Assembly (NCBI GenBank): GCA_938034705.1
Contig: CALHMG010000054.1
Span: 25,773 to 89,772, forward strand
Length of the DNA: 64,000 bases
Origin: an uncultured Gammaproteobacteria bacterium
Lineage (GTDB): Bacteria; Pseudomonadota; Gammaproteobacteria; Arenicellales; CALHMG01
Direction: 5' to 3'
This document shows positions 50,222 to 60,491 of this stretch, piece by piece. Position 1 is the stretch's first letter. Each line of letters opens with the position of its first letter. The position numbers and the translations under genes are program-made. Under the pieces are notes generated by a model. The model had not been told where the DNA came from and did not search any database. It saw nothing but the letters and a program-made list of their open reading frames with translations.

Positions 50222-51331
50222 ATGGACGGACAACTCCTCGCAAAGCGCCGGGCGCCACGCCCCGCGATTTTGATTACAGCGCTGCTGATGGCCACGGGCG
50301 TTGCGCAATCAGCTCTTGCCGATCAGCTTGAGATCCCGCCGGCTCTGATCATCGGGTCCACTGTGGCCGGTGCCGGGTCGGGCACCATCTCCGAGCCATC
50401 ACCGCCGACACCCACGGCAGCGCAAATGCCGCGTGCGAATGTAGTGCACGGACTGCCTATTTCGCTGAAACGACCGCTGAAACGAACTTCGCCAGTGATT
50501 GACGTCATACCCGAAGTACCGGAAGGCAACATCATCCGACCACGCCGCCCGGCACCCGCACAGCCTGTTGATTCAACACGCGTGGATACCCAGGCAGAAC
50601 AGCCAGCGCTTTCGCCGACGCCAGACATCAACACGCTGCCGCAAACCGTGTCTGATGACGATACGGTACCGAATCCTGAACCACCGCGTCCTACGGCAAC
50701 AGAGGCCACGCGAACGGTGCAGGACAATCCGATGCTCACCATCGCGAGCCGAGCTCTGGAGAAAATTCCTGGCGGGGTCAGAGAAAAAGTGGTGTACGCC
50801 AGGTCGGTGGCCAACGCCGGAGACCTGGACGGTGCGCGTGCGATGTGTCAGGCCCTGATGAACGATTCCGCCGGCGAACCCGAGAATGTTGCGCTGGCTC
50901 GCGGCTGTCTTCAGTTCGACGTCCCGCTGGTGAAACTGCGTCAGCTGATGAAGGAGTCGCGCATGACCGAAGCCAACCAGCTCGTTGCGCAAATGCTGGG
51001 GTGGGTCGGCAATATCCCCGAATACCGGGACTATCTCCTGTCAATCCGCGAAATCACCGCCAGGCGCGCCGCCAGCGAGGACCCAAAGGCGCGAGAGCAG
51101 ACTATTCTGGGAGTGGTGCAGGGAATTCTTGAGCAGTATCGCGAACAGCAGGGGCGTTTCCCGCTGTCCTACGATGAACTCAACGGGGCGCTGCCAGCAG
51201 ACACACCGCCGCTCACCGAATATGACATTGTGAGCTACTACGCGACCGAAGATGCTTTCTCGGTAAAGCTCAAGGCTCGCGCGAATCCGCTGGAAGTTCT
51301 GTCCCTGCACAAAACCGGACTGATCAAATAA
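50222..51331 (+). CDS. hypothetical secreted protein with a proline-rich central region
   Basis: ATG at 50222 followed by a signal-like ...ILITALLMATGVAQSALA, then a Pro-rich spacer and an alpha-helical C-terminal half. The track start at 50108 overlaps the ABC ATPase gene and is unlikely. Confidence 0.6.
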   Translation: MDGQLLAKRRAPRPAILITALLMATGVAQSALADQLEIPPALIIGSTVAGAGSGTISEPSPPTPTAAQMPRANVVHGLPISLKRPLKRTSPVIDVIPEVPEGNIIRPRRPAPAQPVDSTRVDTQAEQPALSPTPDINTLPQTVSDDDTVPNPEPPRPTATEATRTVQDNPMLTIASRALEKIPGGVREKVVYARSVANAGDLDGARAMCQALMNDSAGEPENVALARGCLQFDVPLVKLRQLMKESRMTEANQLVAQMLGWVGNIPEYRDYLLSIREITARRAASEDPKAREQTILGVVQGILEQYREQQGRFPLSYDELNGALPADTPPLTEYDIVSYYATEDAFSVKLKARANPLEVLSLHKTGLIK

Positions 51332-51344
51332 CGGACCTTGAAAC

Positions 51345-51767
51345 ATGCTGCCTAACATCAAGCAGAATTTGAAAATCGCGATCAACAATCGCTGTCGAAT
51401 TCTCGTGATCAAGGATTCCGAGACAGAGTCTCGTCTCATCGAGCCCTGTGTGCTGTACACCAGCAAACGGCAGGGTCTCATGCTTATCGCACGACAGATC
51501 AAGGGCTACTCGCCCGGGGGGGTCGATATGCCCTTCTGGGAGTCCTTCGCCGCATCGGAGTTCAAGAATCTGACCATGCTCGATGAACGTTTTGCGCTCG
51601 ATTCTCTCGAAGGCTTCGAGGAAGCACGCGCAAAGGTCAAGCGAACACCCAACGCCGAGATCAGACTGGATACGCCTTACACCGTCTTTGACACCGAGAA
51701 GGTTGGTCCCAGGTTTTCGACTTACGCGGACGATACGGTGCGTAAGCTCAAGCCGCTGTCGAAATAA
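51345..51767 (+). CDS. hypothetical 140-aa protein (possibly a WYL-like beta fold)
   Basis: The ORF starts 14 nt after the preceding stop and is followed by a strong terminator. Weak resemblance of ...RILVIKDSETESRLIEPCVLY...LMLIARQIKGYS... to WYL-type domains. Confidence 0.5.
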   Translation: MLPNIKQNLKIAINNRCRILVIKDSETESRLIEPCVLYTSKRQGLMLIARQIKGYSPGGVDMPFWESFAASEFKNLTMLDERFALDSLEGFEEARAKVKRTPNAEIRLDTPYTVFDTEKVGPRFSTYADDTVRKLKPLSK

Positions 51768-51784
51768 TCCAGAAGCCATCGAGC

Positions 51785-51816
51785 AAAAAAAAAGCCGGCC
51801 CTGAGGCCGGCTTTTT
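51785..51816. terminator. bidirectional intrinsic terminator
   Basis: AAAAAAAAA-GCCGGCC-ctga-GGCCGGC-TTTTT, between the 140-aa ORF (+) and rpoH (-). Confidence 0.85.
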
Positions 51817-51831
51817 CGATGGCTCAAATTT

Positions 51832-52683
51832 TCAGGCAGCGATGCTGTCTTTCATCTTGCCCATCGCGCGCTTTTCGATCTGACGGATACGTTCAGCTGA
51901 AACTCCGTACTTGTCGGCGAGCTCGTGCAGTGTGCTCTTGTTGTCCTGATCGAGCCACCGACTTTCGATGATGTCGCGACTGCGATCGTCCAGGCCTTCC
52001 AGCGCAATTCGAAGATTCTCGTTGCGATAGTCAGACTCGTTAGCGGCTTCAACCATCTTCTCGGGGCTGTAGCGATCGTCAGCAAGCCACATCTCCGGAG
52101 ACGGAGCCGAATCTTCGTCATCAGTCTCTCGTGTATCGAAAGCGACGTCCGGAAAACTCATTCGACCTTCCATTTCGCGGACAGACTCCACCGACACATC
52201 GAGTTTTTTCGCCAGTGCGCTGACCTCGTCATCGTTCATCCAGCCGAGTCGTGTGCGGTTCTTGCGCAGGTTGAAGAACAGCTTGCGCTGGGCCTTGGTC
52301 GTAGCGACTTTGGCAATGCGCCAGTTGCGCAGCACGTAGTCGTAGATCTCCGAGCGCACCCAGTGCACGGCAAAAGAGACCAGACGAACATCGCGAGCGG
52401 GGTCATAGCGCTTGACCGCCTTCATCAGGCCGATGTTGCCTTCCTGAATAAGATCAGCCAGCGGCAGGCCATAGCCCGCAAACTTCCGGGCTATATGTAC
52501 AACATGACGAAGGTTGCCGAGCACCAGCTCACGGGCGGCATCGAGATCTTCGTCCTCTCGATAGCGGATGGCGAGCGCACGCTCGTCTTCGGCGGACAGT
52601 ACAGGCAGGTTGTTGACCGATCGGATATAACCGGACAGGTCACCGGAAAAGGCGTCTACAGAAATAGGCAGGGTCTGGGTCAT
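51832..52683 (-). CDS. rpoH: RNA polymerase sigma-32 factor
   Basis: 283 aa with sigma-70 regions 2 and 4 and the RpoH box QRKLFFNLRK. Downstream of ftsYEX. Confidence 0.95.
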   Translation of the reverse strand: MTQTLPISVDAFSGDLSGYIRSVNNLPVLSAEDERALAIRYREDEDLDAARELVLGNLRHVVHIARKFAGYGLPLADLIQEGNIGLMKAVKRYDPARDVRLVSFAVHWVRSEIYDYVLRNWRIAKVATTKAQRKLFFNLRKNRTRLGWMNDDEVSALAKKLDVSVESVREMEGRMSFPDVAFDTRETDDEDSAPSPEMWLADDRYSPEKMVEAANESDYRNENLRIALEGLDDRSRDIIESRWLDQDNKSTLHELADKYGVSAERIRQIEKRAMGKMKDSIAA

Positions 52684-52719
52684 AAATTAGTCGTTCTCCA
52701 TCAACGAGTTGCGACTAGT

Positions 52720-52777
52720 TTAGCACTCTTGGGGCTGGAGTGCCAATTTTTTGGCACCCAGAGAGTCAGAGTGCTAA
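52720..52777. promoter_or_regulatory. 58-nt imperfect palindrome upstream of rpoH
   Basis: TTAGCACTCT...CTGG(A)GTGCCAA-TTTT-TTGGCAC-CCAG...AGAGTGCTAA. The outer arms pair over 10 bp and the inner arms over 11 bp with one bulge. It begins 37 nt upstream of the rpoH ATG. Confidence 0.55.
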
Positions 52778-52850
52778 TTTGATATAAATCAATGACTTAG
52801 CGAGGCATTCGACAAACCGGTCTCGCGGGGCTTCTCACGTCGGGGGCGGC

Positions 52851-53765
52851 TCAGCGCGGTCGCAGACGCCGCAAATGCCCGGTGACGGCCACCCAGGACG
52901 CGAGCCAGCCGAGCAATGCCCCCGTGGCAACCGTCGCCAGCGCCGCCACTGGCCCTGTGCCGAGCAGACTTAGACCCCCCTGGTAACTCGACACCAGCGC
53001 TTCAATCCGCGAGGACAGCGCGTACTGGGCTGCCCCGGCGACACCCAGCGCGACCAGCCCGCCCAGAAGCCCCTGGACGAGACCGGTCCACAGAAACGGT
53101 CGCCGAATAAAAGCCGGCGTGCCACCCACTCTGTCGATCACCAGGATTTCCTGGGCCCGTCCCAGCACCATCAGCCGAATGGTATTGCCCACCGTCAGCA
53201 GCACGGCGAGGCCGAGTACCGCAGCCAGAATCAGCGCAGCCCGCTTGATCAGAGCCGACAGCGCCTCCAGACGCTTGAGCCAGACGACGTCGAGAATAAC
53301 CTCCCCTACCTCCGGGAGATTTTTCAGCGCCTCGGCAAGCTCGGTCACTCTGTCGATCGAAGACCAATCAGGAGTCGGTTGTGCAATCAGCGTTACGGGT
53401 ATTGGATTTGAGTCGAGCCCCGCGGTGACGTCGGAGACGCCCAGTAGCTCTCGCAACTCGTCAGCGGCAGCGTCTCTGGACACAAGCTCGAGTCGTTCGA
53501 TGTCGGGGCGCTGTTCCAGTCTTGCCAGAATGTCAAAAGCCGCCGCCTCGTCGTATTCGGGTTTGAGCAAAATCGAGACCTGACGGCCGCCATCATAATT
53601 CGCGCGCAGGGAGTCGAGATTCTTCACAACAATCAAAAGCCCAAGCGGCAGCGCCAGAGAGATCGCAATCACCAGTACCGTCAACACCGACGCAGCCGGG
53701 GCTCTGACCATCTGGCCAATGCTCGAGATCAGCGCCTGGGCGTGTTGTGAAAACCAGGCTTTCAC
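52851..53765 (-). CDS. ftsX: cell division ABC transporter permease FtsX
   Basis: 304 aa with four TM segments. ATGA overlap with the ftsE stop. Confidence 0.92.
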   Translation of the reverse strand: MKAWFSQHAQALISSIGQMVRAPAASVLTVLVIAISLALPLGLLIVVKNLDSLRANYDGGRQVSILLKPEYDEAAAFDILARLEQRPDIERLELVSRDAAADELRELLGVSDVTAGLDSNPIPVTLIAQPTPDWSSIDRVTELAEALKNLPEVGEVILDVVWLKRLEALSALIKRAALILAAVLGLAVLLTVGNTIRLMVLGRAQEILVIDRVGGTPAFIRRPFLWTGLVQGLLGGLVALGVAGAAQYALSSRIEALVSSYQGGLSLLGTGPVAALATVATGALLGWLASWVAVTGHLRRLRPR

Positions 53766-54445
53766 AGCGGCGCGCCCTCTGGCTGCGCAGCACCGCTCAC
53801 CAACAGACCTTCGCGCAGTTCCAGCACCCGCACATCGCTCTGGGCGAAGTGACGCGGATCGTGTGTTGCGATCAACACCGTGACGTTGAGCTGGTTGAGT
53901 CTGGTAAAGAGCGCCATGATCTCATCCGCAAGTTCAGGATCCAGGTTGCCCGTTGGCTCGTCCGCAAGCAGCAGTTCAGGTCGATTGATGACCGCACGCG
54001 CAATTCCAACGCGCTGCTGCTCGCCACCGGACAGCGCCAGCGGCCTCGAGTTTTCCTTGTCCAGCAACCCAACGGTGTCGAGAGCCGCTCTGACGCGCCG
54101 TCCGACTTCACGATAAGGCATGCCGGCGACGATCAGAGGCAGCGCCACGTTGTCGAATACCGTTTTGTCGATCAGCAGTTTGTGGTCCTGATAGACAACG
54201 CCGATACGGCGTCGGTGGGCGGCAATTTGCCGACCGTGCAGCTCGCCAAGATCCTGATCGGCAAAGACCACGCTACCCCGGGTCGCGCGTTCGACGAGCG
54301 TTATCAACTTCAGCAGCGTGCTTTTGCCTGCTCCGGAATGTCCAGTGAGATAGGCCAGCTCGCCACGTGCGAGTTCGAAACTGACGCCACGCAACGCATC
54401 GCCACCATCGGGATAGCGCTTGTAAACATTCTGGAACCGGATCAT
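53762..54445 (-). CDS. ftsE: cell division ATP-binding protein FtsE
   Basis: Walker A GHSGAGKST, signature LSGGEQQRV, and Walker B LLLADEPTG. Confidence 0.95.
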   Translation of the reverse strand: MIRFQNVYKRYPDGGDALRGVSFELARGELAYLTGHSGAGKSTLLKLITLVERATRGSVVFADQDLGELHGRQIAAHRRRIGVVYQDHKLLIDKTVFDNVALPLIVAGMPYREVGRRVRAALDTVGLLDKENSRPLALSGGEQQRVGIARAVINRPELLLADEPTGNLDPELADEIMALFTRLNQLNVTVLIATHDPRHFAQSDVRVLELREGLLVSGAAQPEGAPL

Positions 54446-54448
54446 CGC

Positions 54449-55513
54449 TTAGGCTGAATCATCACCAAGTTCGTCGGCCCCGGGGAGCAGCGCATCGACA
54501 AAGGCCTCAACGTCAAACGGACGCAGGTCATCAACGCCTTCTCCCACGCCGATGTAGCGGATCGGCAGACCAAACTTGCGCGCGATTGCAAAAACGACAC
54601 CGCCCTTGGCAGTCCCGTCCAGCTTGCTCACCACGACACCCGTTATCGGAGCCTGCGTACTGAACTGCTCGATCTGTACCAGCACGTTCTGGCCGTTACC
54701 GGCATCGAGGGTAATCAATGTCTCGTGAGGCGTGTCCGGATCGTTACGTTTGAGAACCCGGTCAATCTTGCCGAGCTGCTCCATCAGATCGTCATGGGTG
54801 TGCTGACGACCTGCCGTATCGATTATCAGCGCGTCCATCGATCGCGCCTTTGCCGCGCTTAACGCATCAAACGCGACAGCCGCTGCGTCAGAACCGTGGG
54901 ACTGAGCGACCACGGGAATATCGAGTCGTTGCCCCCACTCCTGGAGCTGTTCAATAGCGGCGGCCCTGAAGGTATCGGCGGCGGCGAGCATCACCTGTTG
55001 CCCGTTCGATTTGGCCGCAGCCGCAAGCTTAGCCGTAGTGGTTGTCTTGCCCACCCCGTTGACACCCACCATCAGCGTCACGCGAGGCTGGCCAGGGGAC
55101 GGCTCCGTCATCCGGTTCGTTGTGTCATTGAGTATCGCGATCATTTCCTTGCGAAGGAGCTCCAGCAGACCGGCCGCATCTTCGATTTTTTCCTTGCGGG
55201 CGCCGGTGCGCAACGCGTCAACCAGATGAGTCGTCGCGTCAACGCCCACGTCGGCCATGAGCAGCTCGTCTTCAAGCGCATCAAACAGCGCATCATCGAC
55301 CTTTCGTCCACCCCCGAACAGACCGACTACGCCGGATGTCAGCGCCTCTCGAGTCTTTGCCAGACGTGCAAACAATCCACCAGAACTTTTCTTCGGCTTG
55401 TCGCCGGCGTCAGGCTGCTGCTGGCCGGCGGGCGCGCTTGCTGCCCCGGCTGCGTCCTGCGCAGCCGTATCGTCCGGTTGTTTTCTGTCTTTTTTCTTGC
55501 GACCAAATAGCAC
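54449..55513 (-). CDS. ftsY: signal recognition particle receptor FtsY
   Basis: NG domain with GVNGVGKTTT, DTAGR and SKLDG. Short acidic/basic N-terminal region. Confidence 0.95.
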   Translation of the reverse strand: MLFGRKKKDRKQPDDTAAQDAAGAASAPAGQQQPDAGDKPKKSSGGLFARLAKTREALTSGVVGLFGGGRKVDDALFDALEDELLMADVGVDATTHLVDALRTGARKEKIEDAAGLLELLRKEMIAILNDTTNRMTEPSPGQPRVTLMVGVNGVGKTTTTAKLAAAAKSNGQQVMLAAADTFRAAAIEQLQEWGQRLDIPVVAQSHGSDAAAVAFDALSAAKARSMDALIIDTAGRQHTHDDLMEQLGKIDRVLKRNDPDTPHETLITLDAGNGQNVLVQIEQFSTQAPITGVVVSKLDGTAKGGVVFAIARKFGLPIRYIGVGEGVDDLRPFDVEAFVDALLPGADELGDDSA

Positions 55514-55621
55514 TTGAGATTCCGCAGATTTAAAAGCTGTTGAGGAGGCGTTATCGTATCATCGGACTCAGGCCCGCGGACCACCGCAGTACTTCTCGAC
55601 GGCAACTTTGCGATATCGCAC

Positions 55622-56245
55622 ATGGCATCTGGCAAACGACAACACCACTCCAACCGCCTGCGCATCATCGGCGGCACCTGGCGTGGTCGTCAGTTCTCTT
55701 TCAGGAGCGGCAGCCAGCTGCGCCCGACGCCGGACAATGTTCGTGAAACGCTCTTTAACTGGCTTGCCCCGCATGTACATCAGGCGCGCTGCCTGGATCT
55801 GTACTCCGGCAGCGGCGCCATAGGCCTGGAGGCGCTTTCGAGGGGAGCCGATCAGGTAACCTTTGTCGAAAACGATCGTCGCCACGGGAACATGATCCGC
55901 GATCACCTGGAAACGCTGTCGGCCGACGAACGCGCCACCGTAAAAGTGATGAACGCAATTCAATGCCTCGCAACACTGCGCGACACCGTACCGCGACCCG
56001 AATTCGATCTGGTTTTCATGGATCCGCCATTCGGACAGGATCTTGTTCATCCCACGCTTGACGCACTCGCAGACGGGCAAATCCTGTCATCCTCGGCCCT
56101 CATATACGTCGAACACGAGAAATCTCTCGATATCGAACCGCCGACACACTGGAATGTGTGGCGCGAGAAAACCCACGGCGGTTCGACGTCGCTGCTGCTG
56201 ACTCCGGACGACAGGACCGACATTCAGACATCGATCGACGCGTGA
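55622..56245 (+). CDS. rsmD: 16S rRNA (guanine966-N2)-methyltransferase
   Basis: LRIIGGTWRGR..., RPTPDNVRETLFNWL, and the FMDPPF motif. Confidence 0.9.
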   Translation: MASGKRQHHSNRLRIIGGTWRGRQFSFRSGSQLRPTPDNVRETLFNWLAPHVHQARCLDLYSGSGAIGLEALSRGADQVTFVENDRRHGNMIRDHLETLSADERATVKVMNAIQCLATLRDTVPRPEFDLVFMDPPFGQDLVHPTLDALADGQILSSSALIYVEHEKSLDIEPPTHWNVWREKTHGGSTSLLLTPDDRTDIQTSIDA

Positions 56246-56335
56246 GACTGACGGATCCTGATCGCGTTGACTCCAGCACGATCAAGCCAGTAGCCTCCTT
56301 TTAACGAATCACCTGCCCAACCCAAGATGAGCTGA

Positions 56336-57149
<814 letters not shown>

Positions 57150-57173
57150 TCGTCACGTCAGCCAGCGCAAACG

Positions 57174-57204
57174 AAAAAACCCGAGGTCGGCCTCGGGTTT
57201 TTTT
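57174..57204. terminator. bidirectional intrinsic terminator
   Basis: AAAAAA-CCCGAGG-tcgg-CCTCGGG-TTTTTTT, between yfhL (+) and the dynamin-like gene (-). Confidence 0.85.
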
Positions 57205-57240
57205 AAAGGTAAAGATTTTCGGTCGCGGTCTAGTCGCGGT

Positions 57241-59223
57241 CTACGAGGCCTCCGCCCGGGCGTCATCTTCAATCATCTTTTCCTGGTCGTCTGTCAGATG
57301 ACTTTCAACATCACCGACCAGTGCGTTCAGTGCGCCCTGCTGTTCCATGATGCCGCCTCGAACATGCTGGATCTCGGCAACCCGATCCTCGAGCGTGTCG
57401 CTGGCCTTGTGGATACGCTTGATACTCTCAAGACGTCGACGCAATTGAATCTGGTGTTCGCGCACCTGTGATTCCATCGGTGACATGATTGTCTTCAGCC
57501 AGGTGTCCGCATCACGATTGGCTTTTTCGAATACCTGGCGAACGCGCACAACCACGGTCTCGAAGAACTTCGACACGAGGGTCGTCTGTTCTGTCATTAC
57601 CATCGACATGCCGCGAACAAAGTGATCGTGCTTTTCTTCCAGACGCTTCAGTTCGCGAATGTACTTGGCTGTGGAGAAAGACCTTGGCTTGATATTGGCG
57701 AGGCCGTGTTCTTCCTGAAATTTCTTGTAGACGCCGGCCATGAGATCTTCGATCTCGGCAGCCTGATTGGTTCCGGAATCCAGAGACGCACTGACTTCAT
57801 CAAAGAAAGTCACCATCCGCGACCGCAACCCGCTCGTTGTGAGACTGAGTTCCATGTCGCGTTTGGTTTCTGCGATCACCCGCTCCAGATTTGCCAGGCT
57901 CAGGTGTGAATACAGCTTGCTGGTCTGTTGCGAGAATATTGATCGAGTCGCCTGGAAACGCTGCAAATTCTTTTCGAGGTGCTCCTTGTCGGATCGCACC
58001 TTTTCCATCATGTCCTCGATCACCTGAAGATTCTTGGTATTCAGTTGATCAAGTTCGGCCATGTGGTCATTAACGTCCTTGAGACGCTGGCCCACCATCG
58101 CGTTAACGGCCGTCGTAACGTCGGTCATCTCGCCACGAACATTCTCGCGCACGATGTCGATCTTCGCCGGGATCAGCAGATTGGTCAGAGCATCCTCGAG
58201 TTTGCTGATGCCGCTTTGATCCACCAGGTCGGAGTCGTCCTTTATCTTGCCGAGCAGTGCCTTCTGGGCAGACAGCGGAAAGATGTTGTCCAGGTCGACT
58301 TCAAGCGTTTCAGCCGTCTCCTGCACCTGACGATCAATCTCCGCCTGTACTTCACTTCGGTCACGAAGTTCGTCCCACAGTACATCGACCTTGTTCAGAA
58401 CAACGAGCTTGCCCTTGTCCGAGGATCGCTCCTTGACCATGATGTGATCGCGCCAGACCGACATGTCGGACTTGGTCACACCGGCATCGGCGGCCAGGAT
58501 GAAGATCACCGCGTGGGCCATGCCGAGCATGTTCAGCGTGAGCTCCGGCTCCGCGCCAAGCGCGTTCAGACCGGGGGTATCGAGGATGACCAGACCCTGT
58601 TCCAGCAGCGGGTGCGGGAAATTGATAATCGCGTGACGCCACTTGGGCACTTCAACGCGCCCGTTCTCGTCCGGTCGAATACCTTCCGGATCATCGGTGT
58701 CTTCGGCAACCGGCAGACCCATCGACTTGGCCTGATCTACCCGAACGTCGATCGTGTCGGTGACCAGCGCCAGCACATCGCGAACATCATCAGGATTCTC
58801 GGGATCAAAGGTTTTGGTCTCCCACTCTTCAGCGAAGCCCTTGTATTCTGAAATCGTAGTCGTGTTCTCGCGCGTCTCGATCGGCAACAGCTTGATGCTG
58901 GGTACTTCATCTTTGTTGTACAGCAGCTCGGTCGGACACATCGTGGTGCGACCGGCACTTGATGGCAGCACTCGCTTGCCCAGCTGACCAAAGAAGGTTG
59001 CGTTGATCAGCTCAGACTTACCGCGGGAAAATTCAGCGACGAACGCGACGTGAAGTTTGTCGTCGTTGATTGTCGCCAGAACATGATCGAGTCGTTCATC
59101 AGTCTGAACGTCTGACAGCTTCTGTTCCTTGAGCCATTCTCTGAACGCCTCGATAGACGTGAACATCTTCTGACGCCATTCGCTGTATGCGTCAAAGCCC
59201 TTTTCTATTCTGTTCGGTAACAT
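57241..59223 (-). CDS. bacterial dynamin-like GTPase (single copy)
   Basis: GTPase motifs G1 AEFSRGKSELINA, G3 ILDTPGLNA and G4 LNKVD, followed by a long helical stalk region. 660 aa. Confidence 0.85.
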   Translation of the reverse strand: MLPNRIEKGFDAYSEWRQKMFTSIEAFREWLKEQKLSDVQTDERLDHVLATINDDKLHVAFVAEFSRGKSELINATFFGQLGKRVLPSSAGRTTMCPTELLYNKDEVPSIKLLPIETRENTTTISEYKGFAEEWETKTFDPENPDDVRDVLALVTDTIDVRVDQAKSMGLPVAEDTDDPEGIRPDENGRVEVPKWRHAIINFPHPLLEQGLVILDTPGLNALGAEPELTLNMLGMAHAVIFILAADAGVTKSDMSVWRDHIMVKERSSDKGKLVVLNKVDVLWDELRDRSEVQAEIDRQVQETAETLEVDLDNIFPLSAQKALLGKIKDDSDLVDQSGISKLEDALTNLLIPAKIDIVRENVRGEMTDVTTAVNAMVGQRLKDVNDHMAELDQLNTKNLQVIEDMMEKVRSDKEHLEKNLQRFQATRSIFSQQTSKLYSHLSLANLERVIAETKRDMELSLTTSGLRSRMVTFFDEVSASLDSGTNQAAEIEDLMAGVYKKFQEEHGLANIKPRSFSTAKYIRELKRLEEKHDHFVRGMSMVMTEQTTLVSKFFETVVVRVRQVFEKANRDADTWLKTIMSPMESQVREHQIQLRRRLESIKRIHKASDTLEDRVAEIQHVRGGIMEQQGALNALVGDVESHLTDDQEKMIEDDARAEAS

Positions 59224-59675
59224 CAGCCTGTTCTTTTTATCCTGGCGGGCCGTATCAACAGCGCGCCTTACATCCTTGTCAGTCGTTGAGTATCAACCAC
59301 GCGACATATGTCTCATATGAAGATTCACCATTCGCACGGTCCAGCCGAAGCCAGCGTTGTTGGAACAACTGTCGTGTCAGAAAAAGACAGAGATTTCAGT
59401 CCCTTTGCGCCTTACCGCGGCTGCGCGAACGGTCTCCATCCGTGAAGATCGCACACGCGCTTCTTATTACAAGTGTAGTCGAGCCAGACGCATTCGCTTG
59501 GGTGAAATGCCCGCAATTGTCGATAATGGTGATCGGCTCCGTGATCGACTCCTTTGAACCGGCCACCGAGGTCCTCCCGGACGCCTGCCGGTCGACAACG
59601 ATACTGGATTTTTTCTATCTGAATCAATATGTTCCGTAAAAGCGACAGAGGCCCAAACCGCAACGATTGTGGCCG

Positions 59676-60491
59676 CTAGCGCTGACAGGTCGGGCAGAAA
59701 AAACTGGATCTCTGTCCAATGACCCGTTTTCTGATCGCGCGACCACATTCGACGCAGGCCTCGCCATCACGGCCATAAACCTTGAGTTTCTGGCTGAAAT
59801 ACCCCGGAGCACCGTTGGCGTCTACAAAATCCCGCAGCGTCGTCCCGCCGACCTCGATCGCCTGGGACAGCGTCAGTTTTATGGCGTCCACCAGCCTGGC
59901 ATAGCGTTCTCTGGAAACCCGGCCGGCTGGCCGGTTCGGATGAATACCGGAGATAAACAGGGCCTCGCTCGCGTAGATGTTGCCGACTCCAACCACCACG
60001 GACTGCTGCATGATGAAATTCTTCACCGGCCCTTTGCGGCGCCTCGCAAGATCATGCAGCCAGCTCGCGTTAAAAGCCTCGGACAGTGGCTCGGGGCCGA
60101 GTTCGGCGAGAAGCCAGTGCTCGGCCGGATTACCGTCGACCCAATGCATTGACCCGAATCGTCGAGGATCGTTGTAACGCATTGCCGTCCCGTTCTCGAA
60201 AATCACATCAACGTGATCATGGGCCTCGGGTTCGATCAGTGTCGGCAGGATACGAAGACTGCCGGACATTCCAAGGTGGATCAGAAAATGACCCTCTCCC
60301 ACATCCACAATCAGATATTTTGCGCGGCGATCAACACTGACTATCGTGTTGCCCACAATGGAAGGTTCAAAGCTCTCCGGGACCGGCCAGCGCAGTCGAC
60401 GATCGCGCACCACAACTTTGGTCACCCGCTGGCCGACCACGTGGGGCTCAATACCACGTCGTGTTGTCTCAACTTCTGGAAGCTCTGGCAT
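59676..60491 (-). CDS. mutM: formamidopyrimidine-DNA glycosylase
   Basis: MPELPEVET N-terminus and C-terminal zinc finger C-x2-C...C-x2-C (CVECG...CPTCQ). Confidence 0.95.
   Translation of the reverse strand: MPELPEVETTRRGIEPHVVGQRVTKVVVRDRRLRWPVPESFEPSIVGNTIVSVDRRAKYLIVDVGEGHFLIHLGMSGSLRILPTLIEPEAHDHVDVIFENGTAMRYNDPRRFGSMHWVDGNPAEHWLLAELGPEPLSEAFNASWLHDLARRRKGPVKNFIMQQSVVVGVGNIYASEALFISGIHPNRPAGRVSRERYARLVDAIKLTLSQAIEVGGTTLRDFVDANGAPGYFSQKLKVYGRDGEACVECGRAIRKRVIGQRSSFFCPTCQR

Noticed and set aside
51925-52782. A 285-aa ORF antisense to the whole of rpoH, and similar long antisense ORFs: 6289..7140, 11262..12119, 22567..23298, 43779..44567, 44739..45536, 57979..58851, 28590..29219
   Set aside because: These are typical shadow ORFs of GC-rich genes, with stop-poor antisense frames. 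Their products are Arg/His/Val-rich and low in complexity, with no motifs. Each is fully covered by a confidently identified gene on the other strand.
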